Under the pieces are notes generated by a model that worked only from the letters and a program-made list of their open reading frames with translations, searched no databases and was not told the DNA's origin. Of a stretch of DNA of 64,000 nucleotides, positions 1 through 10,526 are shown one piece after another. Made by a program: the position numbers and the translations under genes. Within the stretch, counting starts at the first letter, position 1; each line of letters begins with the position of its first letter. Source of the DNA: a virus (Duplodnaviria; Caudoviricetes); IMG/VR virus record IMGVR_UViG_3300048890_000142, positions 22,651 through 86,650 of that record, one strand, 5' to 3'.

Positions 1-2
1 CG

Positions 3-971
3 CTACTGCGCGGGGTGGGCCAGCCGCGCGGCCAGCGCGTCTACGATAGCGTCCGCCTCCGCGTGCGCGCCGCTGGCGACTGCGTCCTTGATCGCCTGGA
101 GGGCCGGCAGCACGTCGTCGGTCACCAGCGCGTGGAAGGACGCGTCGAGGTGCGCGAGCACGTCGGCGGAGGAGAGGTCGTTCTTCTGGTTCGCGAGCAC
201 CGTGGCGAGCATCGCCTTGCACGCCGCCGAGTCGCGGGCGGCGGCCCCGGCCGAGTTGTAGGTGTCCGTCCAGAGGTAGCTGGCCTCCAGGTTCGGTCGG
301 CCGATCTGTGCGCCCGCGATGATGGGTACCTTGTCTACCTGGATGTCTGCGGTCACGGTGGCTCCTGCCTCCAGTACTCGGACGTCCGCGGCGTAGGAGA
401 GGTCTACCCACCCGGACACGCCGGCGACGGTGCCGCGCGAGGTGTACTGGTGGGCATCGACCCTACCCGCGTAGTGGGTGATCGGGTGCCGGTTCCCGTC
501 GTTGACCCCGTACTCGGCCGCCCAGGTGATGTCCCAGTCGTAGGGCATGGAGTCGACGTCGAGCTGGGCCAGCCACGAGGTGGACGAGTAGGTGCCTACT
601 CGGCAACCGAATGCGGCGTGCACGGTCTCGAGGAACGCCCGGACGAACGGCCGGCGCTGCGAGACCGGGATGCCGCCGTTCTCGATGTCCAGGATCGGGG
701 CGAGGTAGCGGCCGTTCGGCGCGAACCTCAGGCGCCGCAACTGGGTCACGAAGACCAGGGCCTGGGAGACGGGGTCGCCCGGCTCGGCGAAGTGGTAGCC
801 GCCCCAGAGGATCTCGCGAGCGGCGCAGGCGGCGACGTAGGCGTCGGCGTGCACGATCGGCTGGTCCCCGCCGTCGGAAACCTTGATCCAGGCGAAGGTG
901 ACCGAGGCCGCCAGTGCGTCCCAGTCCGTGACGACGTTATAACGCTGGTACAGGTCGATCCCGGTAGCCAC
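3..971 (-). CDS. Endolysin, GH25 muramidase with helical C-terminal region
   Basis: GIDLY, WIKVSDG, GGYHF and LDIE (DxE) motifs, plus HQYTSRGTVAGV..VDL. GTG at 971 lies 11 nt after GGAGG; TAG at 3-5. Confidence 0.85.
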   Translation of the reverse strand: MATGIDLYQRYNVVTDWDALAASVTFAWIKVSDGGDQPIVHADAYVAACAAREILWGGYHFAEPGDPVSQALVFVTQLRRLRFAPNGRYLAPILDIENGGIPVSQRRPFVRAFLETVHAAFGCRVGTYSSTSWLAQLDVDSMPYDWDITWAAEYGVNDGNRHPITHYAGRVDAHQYTSRGTVAGVSGWVDLSYAADVRVLEAGATVTADIQVDKVPIIAGAQIGRPNLEASYLWTDTYNSAGAAARDSAACKAMLATVLANQKNDLSSADVLAHLDASFHALVTDDVLPALQAIKDAVASGAHAEADAIVDALAARLAHPAQ

Positions 972-1061
972 CGAACTCACCGCCTCCGCCGCGCTCGGAG
1001 ATCTTGCCCGTAGACTAGCAGACAGGTAGGTTAACAAGGGACGGAGACGGAGGTGCGCCTC

Positions 1062-1367
1062 GTGGGCGAACCCAGGCACGGGAGCCAGCGAGCCTACGTC
1101 AACGACGGCTGCCACTGCCCGGTCTGCCGGGAGGGCAACACCGCCCGGCACCGCGACCTGCGCAGGGGACGGTTCAATCGACGGGTACTCATCGACGGCA
1201 GGCTGGTCGCTCCCGTCCCGCCCGAGCGACACGCGTTGATGACGACGTACAACAACTGGGGATGTCGGTGCTGGCCCTGCACGCGCGCGGCCAGCGCCTA
1301 CAAGGTGGCGGCTCGCCGCAAGGGCGGGACGCCGGAGACCGACGACGCGAGAGAGGAACAGACGTGA
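1062..1367 (+). CDS. Small protein with two H..Y.N.GC.C..C zinc-binding repeats
   Basis: RHGSQRAYVNDGCHCPVC and RHALMTTYNNWGCRCWPC; GGAGG RBS 8 nt upstream of GTG. Confidence 0.65.
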   Translation: MGEPRHGSQRAYVNDGCHCPVCREGNTARHRDLRRGRFNRRVLIDGRLVAPVPPERHALMTTYNNWGCRCWPCTRAASAYKVAARRKGGTPETDDAREEQT

Positions 1368-1663
1368 CCGCCGCTGCCTATTCGATCTACTCCCGACTGG
1401 ACCCGAAGATCACCTGGAGGTTGGCCGGCCTGCTGCTGGTGCTCGGGGCGTACCTGGCACCCGGACGTCGGGTCAAGCACGGCGGTCACGGACACCTGAC
1501 GCGTCAGCCTCGACTCACCGCCGGGCTGGTCGTATCCGCCCACTATCTGGTGGCTCTGGCTCACGGCGACGACTCCGCGATCGGTCGCCGCTGGATACGC
1601 GTCGTCGGCCGCGCCGTGGCCGGTGCCGCGACGATCGGACTCGGCGTCTTGGCGGGGGTTTAA
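1364..1663 (+). CDS. Membrane protein
   Basis: GTGA overlap with the upstream gene; 2-3 hydrophobic segments. Confidence 0.55.
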   Translation: MTAAAYSIYSRLDPKITWRLAGLLLVLGAYLAPGRRVKHGGHGHLTRQPRLTAGLVVSAHYLVALAHGDDSAIGRRWIRVVGRAVAGAATIGLGVLAGV

Positions 1664-1916
1664 TCTACCGATCCGGTCGGTTCTGTGTTAACGTCAGCTC
1701 GTACAACGAGGGCGTCGATGCGTCAAAGCGTTGCCACAACTGCTGCTCCACGTAGGTTCTCGCGCAAAGGCCGTTCGGGAGGCTGAAGGTGGCTGTCTAC
1801 CTCCTGACATGAACGCGTCCTGCGTGATCGGCGCTCGCAAACGCTCGCGGCGACCTGTTGGGTGGCCTCACGGGTCGCCGCGAGCTCTCGTCAGACCGAA
1901 GGAAGGGAGTCCGACG

Positions 1917-2267
1917 ATGTTCCGGAAGTTCTTCGCCAACTTATTCGACTCGGGACCAGCGGACAGCGGCGTCTTCCGCGGACCTCGACTGTCCCAGGCC
2001 CGCTTGCTCCAGGGGCCTCGCTACGTGATCACCTTCTCGCCCGCAGGTTACGAGAACGTCCAGCTCGACTGGATGGGCGTCCTGGACGACGTCGACCTCA
2101 CCGTCGAGGAAGTACGCACCGGCTTCCAGACCTGGTTGGACACCGCCCCCCGGTCCCCGGACGGGGTGCCTCTACGGACCATCCAGGCGTGGATCAACGG
2201 GTCTTTCCGAGAGATCACCTTCCGCACCGACTGGGTCTCGGGCTTCGCAGTGCAGCGGGTCGGGTGA
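1917..2267 (+). CDS. Hypothetical protein
   Basis: GGAAGGGAG RBS before ATG 1917; globular-looking sequence; first gene of the glyco/terminase operon. Confidence 0.7.
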   Translation: MFRKFFANLFDSGPADSGVFRGPRLSQARLLQGPRYVITFSPAGYENVQLDWMGVLDDVDLTVEEVRTGFQTWLDTAPRSPDGVPLRTIQAWINGSFREITFRTDWVSGFAVQRVG

Positions 2268-2272
2268 TTCCG

Positions 2273-2467
2273 ATGGCACTCCACGTCCCCCTGCACGGCA
2301 ACGTCCGCTGCGCGACCTGCGAGCGGCCGGCCGGCGCGCTCTGGCTGTCCAACGAGTCCTTCGAAAGTGGCCGACGCGTGAGATTCAACGAGGTCACGCC
2401 CTGCGGATGTCGCGTCTATCTGCCTCGAGTCGACGCCCGGCCACCAGCTCGTAAGGTCCGCCGGTGA
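2273..2467 (+). CDS. Small Cys-containing protein (CxxC...CGC)
   Basis: ATG 6 nt after the upstream stop; GTGA overlap with the next gene. Confidence 0.55.
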   Translation: MALHVPLHGNVRCATCERPAGALWLSNESFESGRRVRFNEVTPCGCRVYLPRVDARPPARKVRR

Positions 2468-3075
2468 GCACCGTCGCGGTCTGCGTCCCCGCCATCCCAG
2501 TCCGGCGTGTCCAGCTCGCCGCGGCCCTGCGTACGGTCGCGCAGCAGACTCGACTGCCGGAGGAGATCCACGTCGAGCTGGACACTCGCCGACTCGGCGC
2601 CGCGGTCACCAGAAACCGGGCCTGGCGTCGGGCCACTACCGAGTGGGTCGCCTTTCTCGACGACGACGACGAGCTCATGCCCGAGCACCTCGAGGTGCTC
2701 ATGGGTCATCGGACGGGCGCGGACCTCGTCTATAGCTGGTTCCACCTCCCCGAGGCCGAGGACCCCCTCGCGGTACCGGTGAACGGCGTCCTACGGAGCC
2801 CCTTCGGCGTCGAGTTCGGACCCGAGCAGCGGGACTACATGATGACCACGGGTAACTTCGTCCCGGTCACCGTGCTGGTGCGTCGCGACCTCCTCGAGGA
2901 AGTCGACGGCTTCCCCGTCCCCGGCACCGAACGCTGGCCGGACGAGCACTGCGAGGACTGGGGGTGCTGGCGCGACATGCTCCAGGTCGGCGCGATCTTC
3001 CGGCACGTCCCGCAACGCACTTGGACCTGGCATCACCACGGCAGGAATACCAGCGGAAGGAGCGACAGATGGTGA
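2464..3075 (+). CDS. Glycosyltransferase family 2 (GT-A)
   Basis: VCVPAI, AAVTRNRA, WVAFLDDDDEL and EDWG motifs. Confidence 0.85.
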   Translation: MSTVAVCVPAIPVRRVQLAAALRTVAQQTRLPEEIHVELDTRRLGAAVTRNRAWRRATTEWVAFLDDDDELMPEHLEVLMGHRTGADLVYSWFHLPEAEDPLAVPVNGVLRSPFGVEFGPEQRDYMMTTGNFVPVTVLVRRDLLEEVDGFPVPGTERWPDEHCEDWGCWRDMLQVGAIFRHVPQRTWTWHHHGRNTSGRSDRW

Positions 3076-3770
3076 GCGTCCTCGTCCCCACCCGAGGGAG
3101 GCCGGAGGGCGTCGAGCGGCTGCTCGAGTCCGCCTACGATCTCTCGGAGGGACCGCTCGAGTTCGTGTTCTACATCGACGATGACGACCCCCGGGGAATT
3201 GAGACGATCGGAGTCATTCAACGTTACGGGGCCTTCGTGGTCGTCGGAAGTCGTATCACGCTCTCCCAGATGTGGAACGCGTGCTACGAGCGCGCCACCC
3301 ACGACCTGCTGATGCAGTGCGGCGACGACATCGTCTTCCGCACCCAGGGCTGGGACGTGATGTTCGCCCAGGCCTTCGAGCAGTACTCCGACCGGATCGC
3401 CTTCGTGCACGGCGACGACGGCTTCCAGCACGAGCGCATCGGGACCCACGGCGTCCTGCACCGCAACTGGGTCGAGGCGGTTGGCTACTTCGTTCCGCCG
3501 CACTTCGCCAGCGACTACAACGATCTCTGGCTCACCGAGGTCGCCGACGCCCTGAGCCGACGTGTCTACCTTCCCGGCGTGCTCACCGAACACATGCACC
3601 CGGTGGCCGGTAAGGGCGAGTTGGATCTCACCCACCAGGAGCGCCTCGAGCGCCACCGAATCGAGGACTGCGATTGGATCTGGCGGGAGACCGCCGGCGA
3701 GCGCGCGGCCGACGTAGCGAAGCTGCGCGCGGTCATCCTGCAGTCCCGAGGCGTCGAGGTCGCTTCGTGA
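3069..3770 (+). CDS. GT2-like glycosyltransferase
   Basis: VSVLVPTRGRP, FYIDDDD, LLMQCGDDIVFRT.GWD, DLWLTEVA and EHMHP motifs. Confidence 0.8.
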   Translation: MVSVLVPTRGRPEGVERLLESAYDLSEGPLEFVFYIDDDDPRGIETIGVIQRYGAFVVVGSRITLSQMWNACYERATHDLLMQCGDDIVFRTQGWDVMFAQAFEQYSDRIAFVHGDDGFQHERIGTHGVLHRNWVEAVGYFVPPHFASDYNDLWLTEVADALSRRVYLPGVLTEHMHPVAGKGELDLTHQERLERHRIEDCDWIWRETAGERAADVAKLRAVILQSRGVEVAS

Positions 3771-4468
3771 CGATCGAGGAGGACCCGACTTGGACGATCC
3801 TGGTTCCCACGCTCCAGCGGCGCGAGAACCGATTCGCGGTCCTGCGCGACGAGCTGCTGCGCCAGACCGAACCCTACGGCGGACGCGTCCGCGTCTGCGC
3901 GTTGTGGAACCGCGGCCAGCGCGCCCTCGGCGAGCTGCGCCAGGCCCTGGTCACCTACGTGCTCAGCGATTACGTGTCCTTCGTCGACGACGACGACGAG
4001 GTGCCGGCCTACTTCGTCGAGGAGGTCGTCCGCGCGCTGGAGTCCTGGCCCGATCAGGTCGGCTGGCGGATGCAGTGCATCCGGGACGGCGCCATGTTGA
4101 AGCCCACCTTCCACAGCGTCAAGTACGGCTCCTGGTGTGAGGACGACGCGGGTTACTACCGAGACGTCAGCCACCTGAACCCGGTGCGCCGGGACCTCGC
4201 GATCAAGTGCGACTTCCGGGAGGGCAGTCCTCCGGAGGACGTGGCCTGGGTCAAGCAGATGCGCGGTCTGGTTCGGACCGAGCAGATGGTGCCCGACAGG
4301 ATCATGTACTACTACCGATCGTCGTCCGCCGACAGTACCTGGCAACTGGGTAGCGTGGCCCCACCGACCGCCGAGGAGCTCGAGTCGGAACCACCTTACG
4401 TCGCCCACCGCGACTTCTTCTACCACCCGTGGTCCTACGGCCCGAACACCTGGGAGTCCCGTGTCTGA
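3767..4468 (+). CDS. GT2-like glycosyltransferase
   Basis: WTILVPTL, YVSFVDDDDEV, HLNPVRR and EDVAW motifs; GTGA overlap. Confidence 0.8.
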   Translation: MTIEEDPTWTILVPTLQRRENRFAVLRDELLRQTEPYGGRVRVCALWNRGQRALGELRQALVTYVLSDYVSFVDDDDEVPAYFVEEVVRALESWPDQVGWRMQCIRDGAMLKPTFHSVKYGSWCEDDAGYYRDVSHLNPVRRDLAIKCDFREGSPPEDVAWVKQMRGLVRTEQMVPDRIMYYYRSSSADSTWQLGSVAPPTAEELESEPPYVAHRDFFYHPWSYGPNTWESRV

Positions 4469-5420
4469 TCGAGTTCTCATCACCGGCGTCACCGGCTTCG
4501 TGGGCAGTCACGTCCTCGAGCACCAGCTGCGGATACCGGATCCGCCGTGCGTCGTCGGCGTCGGATCGTTCCGGAGCAACGGCACCGCCGACCGGGTCCT
4601 GGACGCCCTGTCGGGTCACCGTGACCTCTGCTACACGCAGCTCACGCACGACCTGACCGTGCCGATGTCCCCGCTTCAGCTACTTCAGCTGAACGGGGTG
4701 AACAGGATCGTCCACGTCGCCTCGCGCTGCTCGGTCGACGAGAGCATCCGGGACTCCGAGTCGTTCGTGCGCAACAACGTCGATCTACAGCTCACCGTAC
4801 TGGAACTCGCACGAGAGCTCGGGGTGCACCGGTTCGTCCACCTCTCCACCGACGAGGTGTACGGGCCGTACTCGCCGAGCACCCTCAACGACCACCGTCC
4901 GTCGAGCCCGTACTCCGCGTCCAAGGCCGCTCAACTGGACCTGTGTTCCGCCTGGGCGACGACCTTCGGTGTCCCGGTCTCCGTGCTCACCAGCGTGAAC
5001 ATGTTCGGCGAGAGGCAGAGTCAGCTCGCGTTCGTCCCCCGCCTGGTGCGCCTGATGCTGGCCGGCGAGCCGGTCACCGTGCACCTCAGCGACGGCGTAC
5101 CCGGCGGTCGCAACTACGTCTACGTCGGGGACGTGGCCCGACGACTCGTCGAGCTGTCCGAATCGCGGTCGGACGGAGCGGATCACCGGGTGGTCTTCGG
5201 CGCGGCCTTCGTCGACAACCTTGACCTTGCCCAACGGGTGGCCAAGATCTTGGACGTCGAGCCGAAGATCGATCTCGCAGAGGCCTCGGTCTCTCGCCCC
5301 GGCTACGACCACTCTTACGGCCTCGGCGGCGACTACAGCGTCGATTCCCTCACTCCGTTTGACTCTGCGCTACAGCGTACGGTCGAGTGGTTCGCGGAGC
5401 ATCCCAAGTGGCTGGCGTAG
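4461..5420 (+). CDS. NAD-dependent NDP-sugar 4,6-dehydratase (RmlB-like SDR)
   Basis: GVTGFVG Rossmann motif, SVDESI, STDEVYG (T-D-E triad) and YSASK (YxxxK) intact. Confidence 0.85.
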   Translation: MSDRVLITGVTGFVGSHVLEHQLRIPDPPCVVGVGSFRSNGTADRVLDALSGHRDLCYTQLTHDLTVPMSPLQLLQLNGVNRIVHVASRCSVDESIRDSESFVRNNVDLQLTVLELARELGVHRFVHLSTDEVYGPYSPSTLNDHRPSSPYSASKAAQLDLCSAWATTFGVPVSVLTSVNMFGERQSQLAFVPRLVRLMLAGEPVTVHLSDGVPGGRNYVYVGDVARRLVELSESRSDGADHRVVFGAAFVDNLDLAQRVAKILDVEPKIDLAEASVSRPGYDHSYGLGGDYSVDSLTPFDSALQRTVEWFAEHPKWLA

Positions 5421-5956
5421 ACGTCGACTGGCGCGAGATCTACGACTGGGCCGGCCTTCAGGTTCGCCAGTTGATCACGATGCATCACGACCCGGCCGAG
5501 ACCGTGCTACTGGACGTCGGCGCCGGCCAGGGGAAATACGCTCGACTATTGCCGGAGTACCGGGACATCGACGCGATTGAGGTCTGGGAACCCAGCGTCG
5601 ACCGCTACGCCCTCCGCGACATCTATCGGATGGTGCACGTAGCCGACGTATCGGACATGGTCCGTAGGCCCAACTGGACTCAGCTCTACCAGGTAGGGAT
5701 CCTCGGCGACGTCCTGGAACACATCGCGGTCGCGGAAGCTGACTACGCGCTGCGCTGCCTGGCGGCACGCTGCGCGACCCTCCTCGTCGTCGTCCCCTAC
5801 CTATACCCGCAGGGAGCGGAGGACGGCAACGAGCACCAGCGCCACCTGCAGGACGACCTGACCCCCGAGGTGATGGTTGTCCGTTACCCTCACCTCAAGT
5901 TGATCGCGCTCGAGACCCGCGACGGGCGACCGTTCAAGGGGCTCTACCGAGGGTAG
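5408..5956 (+). CDS. Class I SAM-dependent methyltransferase
   Basis: LLDVGAGQGKY motif I, IDAIEVW, GDVLEHI; the start is uncertain. Confidence 0.75.
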   Translation: MAGVDVDWREIYDWAGLQVRQLITMHHDPAETVLLDVGAGQGKYARLLPEYRDIDAIEVWEPSVDRYALRDIYRMVHVADVSDMVRRPNWTQLYQVGILGDVLEHIAVAEADYALRCLAARCATLLVVVPYLYPQGAEDGNEHQRHLQDDLTPEVMVVRYPHLKLIALETRDGRPFKGLYRG

Positions 5957-5968
5957 GAGGGACGCCCC

Positions 5969-7198
5969 ATGGCGAACGTCGGCTGGGTCGGGCTGGGCAA
6001 GCTGGGGGCGCCGTGCGCCGCCGCCCTCCAGCACTACGGCGAGCACGTCGTCCACGGCTACGACCTGCGCGGGACCGACCCGGGCGACTACTCCTGGTCT
6101 GACCTGAAGCCGGTCGAGCTCGTCGAGTCGATCGGTGACGTGGTGAAGCTCACCGACGAGGTCGTCTACGTCGCGGTCCAGACTCCCCACGCGCCGTTGT
6201 ACGGCGGCGACCGGGTGACCCCGGAGCAGCTACTCGACTTCGAGTACGCCTACCTCGTCAACGCCGTCCGCGAGGTGTGCCTCGCGGCCAGGACTCAGCG
6301 CAAGCACGTCACGATCGCGGTCGTGTCGACCGTTCTTCCGGGCACCTTCAGCCGGTACCTGCGCCAACTGGCCGACGAGTACGCCACTTTCGTCTATCAT
6401 CCGTTCTTCATCGCCATGGGTACCGAGGTGGACGACTTCGTCCGGCCGGAGATGGTCATCTACGGGACCGATCGCGACGGAGACCACGGGGTCGTCGACG
6501 AGCTGTACTCCCGCGTGCACGACGCTCCCGTCGCGAGCATGTCGATCGACAGCGCCGAGCTCGCGAAGGTCGCCTACAACACCTTCATCACGGTGAAGAT
6601 CGTGTTCGCGAACTCCCTCATGGAATTGTGCGAGGGCACCGGCGCGGACGTCGACGAGGTCACGGACGCGCTGGTCATGGGGACCCAGAGGATCACCTCC
6701 GGGCGGTACATGCGAGCCGGGATGGGAGACGGCGGAGGTTGCCACCCCCGAGACAACATCGCGCTCGCGACGCTGGGAGAGCGCCTGGGTGTCTCGACGG
6801 CCCTGAACGACTTCCTGATCCGTGCTCGGGAGGCCCAGACCAGTTGGATCGCCGACTTCGCGGTGCGCTGGACCCAACAGACCGACATGTCCGCGGTCGT
6901 ACTGGGGCTGACCTACAAGCCGGACGTCCCGCTCACGGACGGCTCGCCGGCCCTCCTGCTGGTCTCGCTCCTCGAGGAGCGCGGCGTCGGCGTGAACGTC
7001 TACGACCCGCTCCTGAACAGGGAGGAGTCGCTCCAGCACTTCCTCGACCGGTTCGGTCCCCGGGTCTACGTGATCGGTACCGAGCACGCCCAGCTCCTCC
7101 GCCAGGCGTACCCCGCCGGCAGTGTGGTCATCGACCCGTTCGGTACCGTCACCCGGTTCCCGGGCGTCACCTACGTCACCCCGGGTCGGAAGGGGTAG
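5969..7198 (+). CDS. ugd: UDP-glucose/GDP-mannose 6-dehydrogenase family
   Basis: GLGKLG, AVQTP, STVLPGT, AELAKVAYN, GGGCHPRD (catalytic Cys), LGLTYKP; GGAGG RBS. Confidence 0.88.
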   Translation: MANVGWVGLGKLGAPCAAALQHYGEHVVHGYDLRGTDPGDYSWSDLKPVELVESIGDVVKLTDEVVYVAVQTPHAPLYGGDRVTPEQLLDFEYAYLVNAVREVCLAARTQRKHVTIAVVSTVLPGTFSRYLRQLADEYATFVYHPFFIAMGTEVDDFVRPEMVIYGTDRDGDHGVVDELYSRVHDAPVASMSIDSAELAKVAYNTFITVKIVFANSLMELCEGTGADVDEVTDALVMGTQRITSGRYMRAGMGDGGGCHPRDNIALATLGERLGVSTALNDFLIRAREAQTSWIADFAVRWTQQTDMSAVVLGLTYKPDVPLTDGSPALLLVSLLEERGVGVNVYDPLLNREESLQHFLDRFGPRVYVIGTEHAQLLRQAYPAGSVVIDPFGTVTRFPGVTYVTPGRKG

Positions 7199-7206
7199 TC
7201 GAGCTC

Positions 7207-7356
7207 GTGTGGGACGTCGTCGCCTCGGTCCTGTGGTTCGGGGCGTTCTTGACCTGCGTCGCGGTCTTGACACGTTACGTTCGGCGCTCTCGGACGCATA
7301 CGCGCAACCGAGACCACGGGCTCGACGTGATCAGAGGTCGGCGAGACGTGACCTAG
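7207..7356 (+). CDS. Small membrane protein (49 aa)
   Basis: One TM helix followed by a basic tail; fills the gap between ugd and terL. Confidence 0.4.
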   Translation: MWDVVASVLWFGAFLTCVAVLTRYVRRSRTHTRNRDHGLDVIRGRRDVT

Positions 7357-7366
7357 ACTCAGCTCC

Positions 7367-8731
7367 GTGAACGGTGACCAGGTGGACGTGGGGCAGCTCG
7401 CCGCCGCCGTCGCCCGTCACCTGGAGATGTACCAGCTCCGGCCGGCCACCTGGCGTCCTCAGCCGCACCAGATTCCCCCGCCTGGCAACTGGTACGGCTG
7501 GCTGCTCAACGCCGGTCGTGGGGCCGGTAAGACGGCCGCTGCCGCGCGCTACGTCTCCGCCCACGTGCACGGACCGCCCTGCCTGCCCGGACCGGTCCCG
7601 CACTGGGTCGGCATCATCGCCCCGACGCTCGGCGACGGCGTCACCGCCTGCTTCCAGGGACCCTCGGGTCTGGGCTCCTTCGACGAGAACGCGCGACTGC
7701 TGCAGACCACCGGCGGCACAGTGGTGCGTTGGCAGAACGGGTCCCAGGCCAAGATGTTCGGCGCGCATTCTCAGGAGGATGTAGAACGCTTGCGTGCAGG
7801 GGGGAACACATGTTTGATATGGGCGGAAGAGCTGGCCGCTTGGCGCTACCTCGACGCGAGCTGGCAGCAGATGCGCTTCGGCTTGCGCAGCGGTCCCCGA
7901 CCGCACTGGGTGGCCAGTACCACCCCGAAGCCGCGCGCCCTGATCAAGAAGCTGATCAAGCAGACTCCGCATAACGTCGTCGTCACGCACGCCACCACCG
8001 ACGACAACCCGCACCTGGAGGCGCACGTCCGCGCCGCCCTGGACGAGGAGTACGGCGGCCTGCAGATCGGTCAGCAGGAGCTCTACGCCGAGATCCTCGA
8101 GCAGGACGTGCACGCCCTCTGGCAGCGCGAGGACCTCAACGAGCACCGGCTCAAGGAGGCCCCGCCGCTGGTCCGGATCACCGTCGGGGTCGACCCGTCC
8201 GGCGGCGCCGGCGAGCAGGGCATCGTCGTCGCCGGCAAGGCCTTCGAGGACTCCATCGCCAACGGGAAGGCCCAGCGCCTTGCCCACGGCTACGTGCTTG
8301 CCGACCAGACCTGCAGCCTCTCTCCGGACGGGTGGGGGCGCCGCGCCGTGCAGGCCGCCGTCGACTGGGAGGCCGACGACATCGTCGTAGAGATCAACTT
8401 CGGCGGTGACATGGCGATCTCCACGATCGCCGGCGCGGCCGAGGTCATGGGCATCTCGATCCCGATCCGGCAGACTCGGGCCTCCCGCGGCAAGCGCGTG
8501 CGAGCAGAGCCGGTCTCCGTCCTGTCTGCGCGCGGGCGCTGGCATCACGTCGGACGCTACGAGCAGCTCGAGGACCAGCTCTGCACCTGGGTTCCTGACC
8601 AGGCCGACTATTCCCCCGACCGGCTGGACGCCATGGTCTGGACCGGTTGGCACCAGCGGTTGGTCGGGACCTCATTACGAGCCCCCGGCAACTTCGGCGG
8701 CTTGGCCATCGTCCGTTCGATCATCTCGTAA
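7367..8731 (+). CDS. terL: Terminase large subunit
   Basis: Walker A GRGAGKT, Walker B IWAEE, STTPKP, nuclease VGVDPS, GKRVRAEP and SPDRLDA. Confidence 0.95.
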   Translation: MNGDQVDVGQLAAAVARHLEMYQLRPATWRPQPHQIPPPGNWYGWLLNAGRGAGKTAAAARYVSAHVHGPPCLPGPVPHWVGIIAPTLGDGVTACFQGPSGLGSFDENARLLQTTGGTVVRWQNGSQAKMFGAHSQEDVERLRAGGNTCLIWAEELAAWRYLDASWQQMRFGLRSGPRPHWVASTTPKPRALIKKLIKQTPHNVVVTHATTDDNPHLEAHVRAALDEEYGGLQIGQQELYAEILEQDVHALWQREDLNEHRLKEAPPLVRITVGVDPSGGAGEQGIVVAGKAFEDSIANGKAQRLAHGYVLADQTCSLSPDGWGRRAVQAAVDWEADDIVVEINFGGDMAISTIAGAAEVMGISIPIRQTRASRGKRVRAEPVSVLSARGRWHHVGRYEQLEDQLCTWVPDQADYSPDRLDAMVWTGWHQRLVGTSLRAPGNFGGLAIVRSIIS

Positions 8732-8760
8732 GGACGCCGACGTGAGAGGAGGTACGGTGA

Positions 8761-9779
<1,019 letters not shown>

Positions 9780-9787
9780 GGTCCAAC

Positions 9788-10255
9788 ATGGCCGGAGGCA
9801 CCCCCCGCAGTACCTCGAGTCGCGCTAAGGCGTCCGACCAGGAGCCCGAGCCGAGGGTCGCGCCGACTACTCCCTCCGGAGTCTCTCCCCGACCCGTCAC
9901 CGAGATCGAGCTCACGGTCGTCGACGCACCCAAGCTCGAGCTCCAGGAAGACGCGACACCGGACGATTCCGCGTCTCCGGAGCAGGGGCCGACGCCCGAG
10001 AGGCTCCCTCGCCTCAACGAGCGACTCAGCCCCATCAACATCATGAACTCCATCAACGACGGCTACCCCTCTCGCGCCGTCGCATTCATCCAGGGCGCCC
10101 TCGCCGGCACCGGACACGACCCCGGCCCCTTCGACGGGGTCGGCGGTCAGAAGACCAGGAATGCGCTGACCGAGTTCGCCGCGACACGCGGTCTCGAGTT
10201 GAACGACCTGGACTCCCTCGCCAGGGTGCTCGACGAGCTCGGCTTCGACGTCTGA
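9788..10255 (+). CDS. Protein with a C-terminal peptidoglycan-binding (PG_binding_1-like) domain
   Basis: IQGALAGTGHDPGPFDGVGGQKTRNALTEF; N-terminal half is Pro/acidic and disordered. Confidence 0.7.
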   Translation: MAGGTPRSTSSRAKASDQEPEPRVAPTTPSGVSPRPVTEIELTVVDAPKLELQEDATPDDSASPEQGPTPERLPRLNERLSPINIMNSINDGYPSRAVAFIQGALAGTGHDPGPFDGVGGQKTRNALTEFAATRGLELNDLDSLARVLDELGFDV

Positions 10256-10279
10256 CCAGCACGACCGAAGGAGTACGAC

Positions 10280-10519
10280 GTGAACGACTACCTGACCGCG
10301 GCCTTCTGGAAGGGCGCCCTCGACAGAGCCGTCAAGTCCGTCGCGCAGACCCTGCTCCTGCTGTGGGGCGCGGATGGAGCCGTCCACATCCTGCACGTCG
10401 ACTGGAGCGCCGCGCTCGAGGTCGGCGCCGGCGCCGCCGTCCTCTCCCTGCTCACGTCGCTGCTTTCTAGCACGACCGGGGACAAGGGCACCACGTCCAT
10501 GATCCCCGGCGCGAAGTAG
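10280..10519 (+). CDS. Holin, phage r1t family
   Basis: FWKGALDRAVKSVAQT...VDW...AVLSLLTSL; two TM helices; AAGGAG RBS. Confidence 0.85.
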   Translation: MNDYLTAAFWKGALDRAVKSVAQTLLLLWGADGAVHILHVDWSAALEVGAGAAVLSLLTSLLSSTTGDKGTTSMIPGAK

Positions 10520-10526
10520 CCGCGAC

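Noticed and set aside
2464-7198. DNA hypermodification (glucosyl/arabinosyl-hmC, Z-base or 7-deazaguanine) pathway
   Set aside because: No hydroxymethylase/thymidylate synthase, PurZ, Que/DpdA or nucleotide kinase in the window. It is not fully excluded, because part of the genome lies outside.
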